A stretch of 52,559 nucleotides of DNA from a virus (lineage: Duplodnaviria; Caudoviricetes), in the IMG/VR virus record IMGVR_UViG_3300025828_000031, positions 1 through 52,559 of that record; one strand, 5' to 3'. Positions within the stretch are counted from its first letter, which is position 1; the number at the start of each line of letters is the position of its first letter. Positions 36,155-46,065 of this stretch are shown in pieces. The notes beneath the pieces were generated by a model, which worked only from the letters and a program-made list of their open reading frames with translations, made no database searches and had not been told where the DNA came from. Made by a program: the position numbers and the translations under genes.

Positions 36155-36979
36155 TTATTGATTAATCCTAGTTTGAGATGCCGAATCAAAACCCATGGCA
36201 ATCCAGTTGTTGCCGACCCACATTACTTCTACGCCACGAGCACCGTCTACAAAGAAAGAAGACCCCGAACCAAAGTTAGCAGGAGTCACCAAGGCACCAG
36301 CAGAAGTGGTGCTTACGAACTTTTTAGTTTGACCTGTATTAGTTCCGTCTGCCAGCGTCAAAGATATGTCTGATACTGCGGTGATCAAAGTAATTGGTAC
36401 GCTTGGATCTGCGGCACCGTTTGCAGTCAATTGTTCGTTTCCACTAACAATATTACAAGTAGAGCGCACCACGCCACTGTTCAATGGTTGTAGCACCAAA
36501 TCCACATCAGCAGAGTCACCAGCAACTGCGATCGCTGGTCCACTCGCCGAATCGCCGCTCTTAATGTTAATAAAGTTTGCTGAGTTTTCACCGCTCAACA
36601 ACAACACTTCGTCGCCGTTAGAATCTAAGACCTGATTTATTTTAGGCGAAGTAAAGGTCTTATTTGTAACTGTTTGAGTTGCAGTGTCAACTACTACGTT
36701 TCCTGTGTGATTAGGCAACGTGATTGTTTTCATAGAACCGCTGGAGACGTCACCGACAAATTTGGTCGGATATCCGCTAGAAGAATCTCCGAAGAAAATA
36801 GTACCATTTGTGCCAATATGGAAATCGTCGTGCGCTGCTACTGAATCGCCATACAAAGATTCAAAGATAGTGCTGAAGTTTGTATTAATTTTATCAGCAG
36901 CTGCTCTCAGCGTATCGCCAGTTCCGTCATTAGCAGTGGCGCCATTGAGTAGTTTTTGTCGATTCGTGACGTGTGCCAT
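36155..36979 (-). CDS. Baseplate fibre-connector-like protein (gp9/gp10-type N-terminus)
   Basis: ANDGTGDTLRAAADKINTNF N-terminal motif. Confidence 0.7.
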   Translation of the reverse strand: MAHVTNRQKLLNGATANDGTGDTLRAAADKINTNFSTIFESLYGDSVAAHDDFHIGTNGTIFFGDSSSGYPTKFVGDVSSGSMKTITLPNHTGNVVVDTATQTVTNKTFTSPKINQVLDSNGDEVLLLSGENSANFINIKSGDSASGPAIAVAGDSADVDLVLQPLNSGVVRSTCNIVSGNEQLTANGAADPSVPITLITAVSDISLTLADGTNTGQTKKFVSTTSAGALVTPANFGSGSSFFVDGARGVEVMWVGNNWIAMGFDSASQTRINQ

Positions 36980-37005
36980 TTTTCAGTTCCGTAAATTTAT
37001 ACTGT

Positions 37006-37013
37006 TATTTATA
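37006..37013 (-). promoter_or_regulatory. Late promoter TATAAATA
   Basis: Intergenic, about 27 nt upstream of the 274-aa gene. Confidence 0.8.
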
Positions 37014-37020
37014 CTGGTTT

Positions 37021-38550
37021 TTAGTTGTTATCACCAGGATTTAAGTTAGGATACTCGGTATATTGAATCAGATTTGGTGTATTAGATTCCAGCAAAGGTT
37101 CTCTATGGGACCCTTGCGTTGCTGCCCAAGCATCGTAACCACCAACGCCATGATAGACGTTGCTATCATATGTAGAGTAGATGGTAGTTTGCATTCCTGA
37201 ACCGTTACTATCATATCCATACCACCTATCTTCGTCAAGAGGGTTGATAATGTTGGAGAGATCTGCATAAGTATCGTCCAATGTCCTTGCTTCAATATTG
37301 TCTGCTTGGTAAACTGAACCATACTGAGTATGCCAATTCTCTATGTTCCTTGGATGGTTCATATCATTAACTCGAGTTCTGATACGTTCGCCGTATGGTC
37401 CTGGTCCGATCTCAGTGATTGAAGTAGAGAACAATCCTGTTCCGTTGCGATCGTTCAAGAAATCAGTTGGCGTGAATCCAGAATCAAACTTATCGGCAAC
37501 AAACTTACCGCCAACAAACTTCTGCATAATTTGAGCAGTAGAGAACACATCTATAGGTGGTGGTGGTTCGATAATCGATGGTTGCGGACCCAAGTTAAAA
37601 TCAAAAATAGAATTAATTTGCACCTGACCAGCAAGATACATACCAGCAGGGTGTACAAATGTTTTGTAAGCATCTCTCCATACTGGTACACCAATTGGAG
37701 TAGAAATTAATATTCCATACAACTGATAGAAGGTATTATCAGTGATCCTCTTTAAAGTAAGTTCTGTTCCGATAGTAGAATAACTTCTTCTCGTTGCTTC
37801 TACCTTCAAATTTTGTCCTGGTGCCAGTAATGCTTTATTCGCCAGATAAGAAATTTTGCTATCGCTGTCTATAATTGGATTACCAGACCCGTCGCTGTCA
37901 AACTTATTAGAAGAAGCAGGTTCTAGTAAAAGTCCAGCGCTATCCAGCGTTTGTAAAACGATTGCCTGTTTAGCAAAATCAACAGTATAGTCTAAATCTT
38001 GACGCAACTGGATATAATCTCCATTGCTGTCTGTGACCGAAACTACAATATCGGAACCTTTGAAGGTGTATGGGAAGTTTCTGCCTGTTGCTTCGCCATT
38101 ACCTGCGAATATCATTTCTTCTTCGTTAGGGTCACCGACAAAAAAGACTTCGTCTTTGCCGTATCGGACTTCAATATCTAATCCATAAAATACACGGAAA
38201 AACTGTTTGATAGAAAATTCAGTACCTTTGGATCGGTACAGCAGATTAGAATATTGAAGCGAAGTTCTTTTGTCGTTGAAAGATTCGTAATAAGGTTTGC
38301 CCAGCAATAATTCGTTTGCAATAAAGTCCAACAGTTCAACTTTTGCGCCTGCAATATCCCTATTAAGGAGAAGGTCGTTTAGCGTTTCTGCGACATTGCC
38401 TTCTTCTTCTAGTGTCTTGTAGTACTCTTGTAAGAATTTTACAAGTTTTGGGTACTTGTCGTCAAAGTGCCCAGGAAGAACATCATAAACATGATATTTG
38501 TCTAGGTCTAGATTGCGACGATATACATCTGTTAGAGTCTTATCTAACAT
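37021..38550 (-). CDS. Baseplate wedge subunit (gp7-like)
   Basis: YPKLVKFLQEYY, LYRSKGTEFSIKQFFRVFYG and FVHPAGM motifs; follows gp6. Confidence 0.8.
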   Translation of the reverse strand: MLDKTLTDVYRRNLDLDKYHVYDVLPGHFDDKYPKLVKFLQEYYKTLEEEGNVAETLNDLLLNRDIAGAKVELLDFIANELLLGKPYYESFNDKRTSLQYSNLLYRSKGTEFSIKQFFRVFYGLDIEVRYGKDEVFFVGDPNEEEMIFAGNGEATGRNFPYTFKGSDIVVSVTDSNGDYIQLRQDLDYTVDFAKQAIVLQTLDSAGLLLEPASSNKFDSDGSGNPIIDSDSKISYLANKALLAPGQNLKVEATRRSYSTIGTELTLKRITDNTFYQLYGILISTPIGVPVWRDAYKTFVHPAGMYLAGQVQINSIFDFNLGPQPSIIEPPPPIDVFSTAQIMQKFVGGKFVADKFDSGFTPTDFLNDRNGTGLFSTSITEIGPGPYGERIRTRVNDMNHPRNIENWHTQYGSVYQADNIEARTLDDTYADLSNIINPLDEDRWYGYDSNGSGMQTTIYSTYDSNVYHGVGGYDAWAATQGSHREPLLESNTPNLIQYTEYPNLNPGDNN

Positions 38551-40475
38551 TAGATAGTGTCTACCTTAATTGCTTTCGAGAAAGATTCTTCTTTGTCGAA
38601 TCGAATAATATTATTAAGTTGAGCAGTTACAGCAGATTCGTTTGCTGGCACGGCAAATATCTTTATGAAGTTTCTACCGCCAGGAATAGTCTGTACTGAT
38701 AGATTTTCTATATGTACTTCTCCTCGAGCAGCATCATAGTAACCAACATTGCTGACCATGACTTTGCCGCCAATCGTAACAAGTTCCAATACGTTAGAAG
38801 GTTTCCTGTCAAAAACCACAGGCACTCTTCCCTCTGGCGAAACTCTTATCCGATCGTTCACTTTGTTCCTTATGATACAAGTTTGATTTCTGAAGATAAA
38901 CAAACTAGAGGTGATAGTGTGATCATTGGTAACAAGCGGGTCTCTAAGAGCGACAGGGAAAGTCAAGTCAAATTTTTGTTCTAAGTTAAATATAGGCAAG
39001 ATTCTTCTGTTTAATTTTATATCTGATCTAGAAGAAAGCACTGAAGCATCAGCGGCATCAATAGCAGTCAGCATATTCGACTTACGGAATACTTGGTCAA
39101 ACTTACCAGTGTTCTCCAAGAAATATTGATCAATGGCATCAGTCACCAATGAGTTTACTGTTGACTCGCTGAATCCAGTTAATGACGGATTGAATCTAAA
39201 AAATGTTTGGCATGATATAAAAGTCGTTTCTGGATCAGTAAACTTCAAGTCAAAAGAAGCGATTGAAAACTCGTCAGCAAGATCTAGGATACCTTGCCGG
39301 ACGTCGGAAATAGTTGAGTTTGAAAGATTGTCTTTAAATACAATGGACGTAAACACTGAACCATAATCTGGTTTGGGATCATCTTCGCCACCCCAAGACT
39401 TAATGTCGTCAATAAAAGAAGAATATTTTTTAAGTATCAATGCGGAGTAGTCGGTTGACGTTACCATTCTATTTTGTGCAGCATATTGATATGGCGCATT
39501 TATTCGCATAGATTCTATTGATTCTTTGTCTGCACCACCAGAAGATCTTGACAATGTTGTGACTCCAACATCACCCTCATCTACCTCTACAGTAGAAGAA
39601 GTCGTAGTGGCAAAAGTAAAACTGGATGCAATTCTAAGGGCAGAAATTTCGTTAGCAATAATTCCATTCGTTCTTAAGTAATTGACTTCGATAACTTGTC
39701 CAGAAGTCGGTGCGGCACCCAAAGAGTTGCCGTTACCGAAAGTCAGTTCATACAGTCCATTGGGTGATTCCCTTAAAACATACAATCTAGATTGTTCGTT
39801 AATCGTAGTGGCATCAAGCAAGTTTACATACTGAGTAAAGTCGCCTCTGGTATTTGCACTCTGCTGATTAGGATAAACTTTTATGATCGCAGTTGTGATG
39901 TCCATATTCTCATCTGGTATCACATAAACAGTATCTGTTACCTCTCCAACTATAAATTGTTGATTGACTTCAATACCTTCAAAAACTTTAATAGGCAGAG
40001 ATGGATCTGCTATTGGGGCGAATCTGTACACCTCTCCCGCAACTGAAGTCGCAGTTAACGACTCTCTGTTTGTAAAAGTATAGTCCACACCATCTTTAGT
40101 CCCACGGAGGACTAATTCTCCTGGCAACAAAGTTTGGGAGTTTTGAATTATAAGTGGATACCCAGCAGTGTTAACATTAAGAGTGATTGTACACTCCGGC
40201 GACTTTTTAGAATCGGGCACATAACCTAAAGATTCAGCAAGAGAAACTACTGATGGACGCAATTGCGCAGTTACAAGGAAAGACTCGTTTAATGAAAAGT
40301 TTGCAATCAATCCATTAAGATGTGTGTTGTATGCCAACACATCCAAAATATTGGATAAACCGGAACCTTCAAAATCATAATCGTTGAACTCTCCGCTATT
40401 TCTCAGAGAAGTCTTCAACGACTCTTTGATTGTATTAAAGTCTAGTTGCGCTGAAGTAATAGTAGTTGATGCCAT
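38550..40475 (-). CDS. gp6: Baseplate wedge subunit
   Basis: LDFNTIK, FNDYDFEGSGLSNILDVLAYNTH, YELTFGNG, AQNRMVTSTDY and WGGED motifs. Confidence 0.95.
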   Translation of the reverse strand: MASTTITSAQLDFNTIKESLKTSLRNSGEFNDYDFEGSGLSNILDVLAYNTHLNGLIANFSLNESFLVTAQLRPSVVSLAESLGYVPDSKKSPECTITLNVNTAGYPLIIQNSQTLLPGELVLRGTKDGVDYTFTNRESLTATSVAGEVYRFAPIADPSLPIKVFEGIEVNQQFIVGEVTDTVYVIPDENMDITTAIIKVYPNQQSANTRGDFTQYVNLLDATTINEQSRLYVLRESPNGLYELTFGNGNSLGAAPTSGQVIEVNYLRTNGIIANEISALRIASSFTFATTTSSTVEVDEGDVGVTTLSRSSGGADKESIESMRINAPYQYAAQNRMVTSTDYSALILKKYSSFIDDIKSWGGEDDPKPDYGSVFTSIVFKDNLSNSTISDVRQGILDLADEFSIASFDLKFTDPETTFISCQTFFRFNPSLTGFSESTVNSLVTDAIDQYFLENTGKFDQVFRKSNMLTAIDAADASVLSSRSDIKLNRRILPIFNLEQKFDLTFPVALRDPLVTNDHTITSSLFIFRNQTCIIRNKVNDRIRVSPEGRVPVVFDRKPSNVLELVTIGGKVMVSNVGYYDAARGEVHIENLSVQTIPGGRNFIKIFAVPANESAVTAQLNNIIRFDKEESFSKAIKVDTI

Positions 40476-40996
40476 TATCGTAACCTATTCATGTTAACTC
40501 TTGCTGTAAATTCCCCTTGCTCATTTTCTATAGTAAACTCCACAATAACTGCGATAGTATTTCTTAGACTGTTTCTACTAAAAATACTACCTGCGCCCTT
40601 TTCGACTAAAGTATCACCATCATAAAACTTGACGTCTGTGACAGTAACCCTTGGTTCGTCTCTTCCCAGCGCATTGACTACCATTTGAGAAATAAGAGTT
40701 TCCGAATAAGTCTCCACTGTCTCAAAAAGCATAGCACGGAGGTTGGCGCCATATTTTGGTCTAAATGGTTTTTCGAGTCTATTGGTTAACAATATATTTT
40801 GTACAGACTGTACTACTGCTGCCGCATCACTTTTCTTAAACACGTCTCCTATGAAACCCTCTGGCGTGCCATTGTTATAACTGGTCGGAGTGCCAGACTT
40901 AGCAGTAAAAGATAAGTCTATGTCGGAATATTGTATTTTTTTACCAGTGACAAGAGTATTGTCTTTTAATCCTGGTGTGACTCGTTTTAGTGCCAT
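40475..40996 (-). CDS. gp25: Baseplate wedge / sheath initiator
   Basis: YSDIDLSF, AVVQSVQNILLTNRLEKPFRPKYG and EPRV motifs. Confidence 0.92.
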   Translation of the reverse strand: MALKRVTPGLKDNTLVTGKKIQYSDIDLSFTAKSGTPTSYNNGTPEGFIGDVFKKSDAAAVVQSVQNILLTNRLEKPFRPKYGANLRAMLFETVETYSETLISQMVVNALGRDEPRVTVTDVKFYDGDTLVEKGAGSIFSRNSLRNTIAVIVEFTIENEQGEFTARVNMNRLR

Positions 40997-41027
40997 TTGT
41001 TATTATAGTCCAACAGTCTGATAGTTC

Positions 41028-41034
41028 TATTTAG
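41028..41034 (-). promoter_or_regulatory. Late promoter variant CTAAATA
   Basis: Overlaps the stop of the 835-aa gene, about 32 nt upstream of gp25. Confidence 0.6.
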
Positions 41035-43538
41035 TCGGTAATTTCTATAAGATCTGACCCAGAAAGAGTTTGCCTGTTGAAATAAGTGCTAACCTTCATT
41101 TCAAAGGTTGCTTTAAAGTCTTTTTCAATTTTAGGCATGACTACTATCAATTGTTGTGTCATAACTTTGTCAGGGCGAGTCATATCATAGTCCAAACTCA
41201 ACTGATCATAAAAGAACGTATCCCTAATATACAACGCCAACTCAAAACCTGCGCTGTAGTCAATTTTGCCGCGAGAGTTGTATAACGTGTATACGCAAGC
41301 ACGACCTTCGTACTTCAATTGGTTAATAGGATAACCACCTTTTACAATAGACTTCTGAGTACCACCACCATCTTCTTTACGGTATGGTTCACGCCAGTAT
41401 CTTGCTTTAGCATCTGCTTCTTTCTTACCGTCAACTGCTTCGCGAATACCATTGGCAGGATTATAATATCCTTCCGTGACCTGTAATCGGAAGTTCTTAA
41501 ATTCTTTTGCCGAAGAAATACCTTCCATCAACCATGCGTGTAGGTAAAACTGACGGGCAAGATCCTGTCTATCCTTTACTATGGGCACAAACTCAAGTGA
41601 AGTTTTAGATCCTGGTGCGCCAAAGAACTTCGACATTGTACTAGATTTTGACAATCGGGTTCTACTTGTAATCGGAGCATCCATCTTATCAGGATTATAA
41701 ACTGGATCTGCTACGATAGTCCTAGTTGTCGCCTGTTTGTTTTTGGGCGTAAAAGTCTTAGAAGCACGTTCCAAAGGATTGCCTAGCAAAGTGTATCCAA
41801 ATCTAGGAGTCGGTTCGCTACTGCCAGTTCTTTTCATTTCATACGGTGCTGATGGTGCAGGATCTTTATATTTTTCAGATATTCTATTTTCATCAAGCAA
41901 AGAACCGATACACAGCGGACCATTAGTTTGCATCTCAGGTGCAGTGGTTGCATCAGCAGCGCCATCCATCGTACGCAACTTTGATCGAATCTCTGCTGTA
42001 CTCGGCGTCCAGTTAAAATAGTAACTGTATGTGTCATGTTTAGCGATTTTATCTTCTAATGCACCATCCTCGTCAATAACAACTTTGCGTACAGCAAATG
42101 GGGAAGTCTTGTTCCAAACTTCCCACCAATTTTTCGGGTTACCATAATAATCATACAGTGGTTCATGTGTGATTTCAGACTCCGGCGAGGTCATCGCTAA
42201 ACCCATGTTCAATGCTAATCCGCCAAATGTTGACCAAAAATCCGGATCGTCGTTTTCTATAGAACCGTCAAATCGCATGGACTGTAACACTACATGATTT
42301 GCCTTTGCGTTCCACCCCCACTCATACTGATAGTTTGGTTTGATACCAGTTCCCATATCACTAGTGCCGTCCCATCGAGTTTCGCCTGTCCACTCAGGAT
42401 AATCTTGTGTGCCAGGAGGGGGACTATAAGCACCACCAGCACCTGTACCACCAGCAACTTTTGCTAGTTTTGCGTTTTTCGCATGTTCTGCATGGACTGC
42501 GCGATAAGCATCATCTGCTTGATCTGCTTTGGTGGCAAAGTTTGATATATGAGCACTATGCGCCTCTTCAGAATATTTTGCGTATTTGGCAGTCCACGCT
42601 TCTAGGGCACGACCGACCAAGTTTCCATGGAATACTGTGTTTTTGCCTTGTGTGTCGTCGCCGCCACCCGTAAACAATGAACCAAAGAAATGAAACTGCT
42701 CGCCGCCAATTTTACCTTTCTCTCCGATGAGACGTAGATCTTTGGAAGATATCACTGTGTTTTTACCAGCAGAAGTTGTAATGTGTTCCTCTGCTGACAT
42801 TCTAATGCCACGGCGAGCGTTGGGAATAATATCCCTGTTTGACAAAATACGAAAATCTTTTTTGGTAATTATCTTGTGTTCATGAGCAGTGAAGTCTACA
42901 ACATCACCCCAAACCTTGGTGTCTTTGTTTCCGCGAACGATAGTCTGATGCGCGTCACCAGTTTCGGTGATATATGTACCATGCACCGAGTGATTGTGAT
43001 TAGCACCAACATCAACGTTGTAAGAACCACCGACCGTCAGATTATAGTTTCCGTTGACCGTTAGATTGAGGTCACCGTCATATGTTAGATTACCTTCGCC
43101 CTGTACTATAACTTCGTGATCAGCACCGACAACCTGAATTTGATGGGTCCGAGAAGCAACTAGGACGGATCCGTCTTGTTTGAGTTCTACACCTGCGCCA
43201 GTATGATGCTTGATAAGGATTCTCTGATTCCCAGGAGTATCATCGATCTCAAAAGAATGTCCGGAAGGTGTTTCATTTGCCTGATTAAAAGGGAAAATGG
43301 AAGTGGTGCCAACTGGGACATCAAAACTAACACCCATGGTGCTCCCGCGCATCCAAAGATCATTGATTCTTACGCCACGTCCAGGAGCACTAACATTACT
43401 CGCAAACCAATTATATCGTAATGGGTATTCGCCAGTAGGATCCGCTGATCCGTCTAAAGGAACGCCAGTAGTGAGTTCTTTACCTTGTTCTTCAGGATTG
43501 CTTATACGATCTGTGACTTTATTAGATCCAGTTGTCAT
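41031..43538 (-). CDS. gp5 C-terminal part: triple beta-helix spike plus degenerate peptidase M15-like domain
   Basis: ETPSGHSFEIDDTPGNQRILIKHHTG and V.G.....V.G octad repeats; upstream of gp25. Confidence 0.8.
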   Translation of the reverse strand: MTTGSNKVTDRISNPEEQGKELTTGVPLDGSADPTGEYPLRYNWFASNVSAPGRGVRINDLWMRGSTMGVSFDVPVGTTSIFPFNQANETPSGHSFEIDDTPGNQRILIKHHTGAGVELKQDGSVLVASRTHQIQVVGADHEVIVQGEGNLTYDGDLNLTVNGNYNLTVGGSYNVDVGANHNHSVHGTYITETGDAHQTIVRGNKDTKVWGDVVDFTAHEHKIITKKDFRILSNRDIIPNARRGIRMSAEEHITTSAGKNTVISSKDLRLIGEKGKIGGEQFHFFGSLFTGGGDDTQGKNTVFHGNLVGRALEAWTAKYAKYSEEAHSAHISNFATKADQADDAYRAVHAEHAKNAKLAKVAGGTGAGGAYSPPPGTQDYPEWTGETRWDGTSDMGTGIKPNYQYEWGWNAKANHVVLQSMRFDGSIENDDPDFWSTFGGLALNMGLAMTSPESEITHEPLYDYYGNPKNWWEVWNKTSPFAVRKVVIDEDGALEDKIAKHDTYSYYFNWTPSTAEIRSKLRTMDGAADATTAPEMQTNGPLCIGSLLDENRISEKYKDPAPSAPYEMKRTGSSEPTPRFGYTLLGNPLERASKTFTPKNKQATTRTIVADPVYNPDKMDAPITSRTRLSKSSTMSKFFGAPGSKTSLEFVPIVKDRQDLARQFYLHAWLMEGISSAKEFKNFRLQVTEGYYNPANGIREAVDGKKEADAKARYWREPYRKEDGGGTQKSIVKGGYPINQLKYEGRACVYTLYNSRGKIDYSAGFELALYIRDTFFYDQLSLDYDMTRPDKVMTQQLIVVMPKIEKDFKATFEMKVSTYFNRQTLSGSDLIEITD

Positions 43539-45037
43539 TAGAAATTTTTCTCCAGCATATCAGGATCCTTAGTTAATACATCTGGTCCCGACCCTTCAAG
43601 TGCCTTCAGGATATCCTGAGGAGACAATGCAGGGTCGTTCGGTGGGTCTAGGTATAATGATTGCTTGTTGAAATTATTGTACACATAGTCTCGTACATCA
43701 AATCCTGGGTCGTCTTGAGATACATCTATGTCCATATGCCCTAATGCTTGACCACCAGGATATTGATCAAAGAACGTTCGGAATATTTGATATAAACTAT
43801 TATACTGTGATTGCGTAATACTCCTCGGGGAGATTTCCATTTCTATCGCTCTAGTATCTGTGGGAACGTTGACGCCGCCCACTAGACACACGCCAATAGA
43901 ATATGCATTATGTCCATTGGTTGGACAGTGACTGCCAGCACTATTCAAGGGGACGCCACGTTCTACTGCGCCATTGCGTTGAATTATTAGGTGATATGCG
44001 TTATCACCAGCACCTGTTAGAGTAGTTAGTTCTGACGCAGAAAGGTTCGCATTTGTAAAAGTTTCTGACCAGTGGACAATAATTTCAGAGATATCTCTTG
44101 TCATACTTGCCATCTCTGCTTCTAATTCTTCAACCGAAGAAATAAACTGACCTCCTGGTTGTATATTTTCTTCACCGATCTTATACGATTCCGGTCCTCG
44201 ATACCCTATCAACTCAAAATCTTCTTCCTCAGTTAAACTTTGAATTGTGCCTTTTGTTTGCTCAGCGATACTTTTAAGCGGAGCGAGATCTCCTCCATTC
44301 TCACCTTGTATCGTGGCAGCAACTAGGTCATTTGTGGTGGTATCTGATACCTCTGAAGTGTCAATAATTCCTGCAGCATCAGAAACAGCATCGACTATAC
44401 TCTCCGCTGCTACAGTAGATTGCGGTCCTAAAATATTATTAGCAGAAACCAGACTTTGATTGCTTGTTATTTGATTAATAGTAACCGCAGCAGCATCGCT
44501 TATACTAGCAGGGTTTCCTAACGCATCTACTATAGCATTAGACCCAAGAGCATCATTAATAATATTTTTCGTATCGTTTATTTGGTTTAGTGCAGCGTTT
44601 TGCACGAATCCTGGTAAACCTGCTGAAAATATAGAATCGTCTACTTTGTTCAGAACAGAGTTTAATTTTTTATCGTATAATGCTTTTATTCCTGCAAGTT
44701 GATTTTCGACATTGACTTGAGGCGCACCGCCAAGTTTTCCTAAAATGTTGTTGCTTTGTAATACAGTCGACAATACTTGCTTGCTCATTCCTGGTGTAGA
44801 CCCGACCATAACATCCGCAACTTGATCATAAAGATCGGTAGGGATATTTGATCTGTTCGTTAAAGAAACACCAGGATTATTTCCGATGAAATTGTTTATC
44901 AAATTGTTTATTTGAGTAACTGCTTCTTGTGGTAGATTACCACCAGTCATTGCTTGTAATGCAGCATCGGTTCCGTTCGATCTCGTCAAACCTTGTGCAA
45001 TAAGTGTATTCAAAGAAGATACGTTAGCGATTGCCAT
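43538..45037 (-). CDS. Protein with C-terminal N-acetylmuramoyl-L-alanine amidase (T7 lysozyme/PGRP type)
   Basis: IIVHWS, YHLIIQRNGAVERG, HNAYSIGVCLVGG and GHMDI....DPGFDV motifs; N-terminal half is N/A/Q-rich and helical. Confidence 0.85.
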   Translation of the reverse strand: MAIANVSSLNTLIAQGLTRSNGTDAALQAMTGGNLPQEAVTQINNLINNFIGNNPGVSLTNRSNIPTDLYDQVADVMVGSTPGMSKQVLSTVLQSNNILGKLGGAPQVNVENQLAGIKALYDKKLNSVLNKVDDSIFSAGLPGFVQNAALNQINDTKNIINDALGSNAIVDALGNPASISDAAAVTINQITSNQSLVSANNILGPQSTVAAESIVDAVSDAAGIIDTSEVSDTTTNDLVAATIQGENGGDLAPLKSIAEQTKGTIQSLTEEEDFELIGYRGPESYKIGEENIQPGGQFISSVEELEAEMASMTRDISEIIVHWSETFTNANLSASELTTLTGAGDNAYHLIIQRNGAVERGVPLNSAGSHCPTNGHNAYSIGVCLVGGVNVPTDTRAIEMEISPRSITQSQYNSLYQIFRTFFDQYPGGQALGHMDIDVSQDDPGFDVRDYVYNNFNKQSLYLDPPNDPALSPQDILKALEGSGPDVLTKDPDMLEKNF

Positions 45038-46065
45038 TATTCAGGAACCTCATCAACAGGAGATATGAAGTTCAAGATACCTTCTTTACCGTCTTTAACA
45101 TATGTCAAACCTTTGATTGGCGGGTAATTACCAATCTCAGTTGCCATAGCAGGCAAGGTATCGTCGTACATACCGTTGGTCCCCTCAACCAGAACTTCGT
45201 CTAACATAAATTTAATACTCTTTGGCGTTGCGCTGTTTACAATACGCCAAGGATAATGGTTTCGCTCATTATCTAGGTGATAGATTTCCGCGTCGTTAGG
45301 TATTCCTGGGAATCCATCAACTCTAGCATCTTCGGATTGTAACTCGCGAACTTGCATACCACCGATAGATTGTGTGACTGTATCATAGTACCAAGCAACA
45401 ATATCACTATAGACCGCAGTGATACCCTCTTTTGGTTTATATGTTCCATTTACAATCATCGGAGGAACAACTGGTTCTTCTCTCCACATATATCCATATT
45501 TCCAAGCATCAACCAATGCTTCCCCCCAGTTTGGCGCTGGTCCATATGGCGTATCTTGTGGCGGCAATCTTCCTGGTGCTCTGACATCATCAACTCCAGT
45601 TTCAGGTTCATACCAAAAAGTGTACGTTTCACCCAATACTCTTTGGTATATAAACTTTTGTGTACCAGAATAGTTTATGTGATTAAACTCATCCTCGTAC
45701 ATGTGGTCTCCTGGTTGACCGCCTTGTTGCTGCCACCATAACGGCATTTCCATCTCACCGTGAATATACAGCATGCCTGTACCATAGGTGAGGTGATCAA
45801 TATCCGGAACTTCTTCAGTAAGTGCGACCCAACCGTCTGCTCGGTCTTTATGTACTGGTCGACCGTCGTTATATGCTTTTCCTAAAGAGTTTAGAGAACC
45901 AAATCGCTCAAAATCCCTTACTGAGTATCGCCCAATGTTTGATAGGTTTTCAATCAACCACTGTTTAATTCTCTCAGCATGGATTGCTTCAAGTTCTCGT
46001 AACCCAATACGATCCAAAAAGTTTTTGATATACTGATTAATTTCGCTGAGGTTTATAGTTGGCAT
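45037..46065 (-). CDS. Hypothetical protein within the gp5 locus
   Basis: 342 aa, stop/start-coupled on both sides; no motif recognised. Confidence 0.6.
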   Translation of the reverse strand: MPTINLSEINQYIKNFLDRIGLRELEAIHAERIKQWLIENLSNIGRYSVRDFERFGSLNSLGKAYNDGRPVHKDRADGWVALTEEVPDIDHLTYGTGMLYIHGEMEMPLWWQQQGGQPGDHMYEDEFNHINYSGTQKFIYQRVLGETYTFWYEPETGVDDVRAPGRLPPQDTPYGPAPNWGEALVDAWKYGYMWREEPVVPPMIVNGTYKPKEGITAVYSDIVAWYYDTVTQSIGGMQVRELQSEDARVDGFPGIPNDAEIYHLDNERNHYPWRIVNSATPKSIKFMLDEVLVEGTNGMYDDTLPAMATEIGNYPPIKGLTYVKDGKEGILNFISPVDEVPE

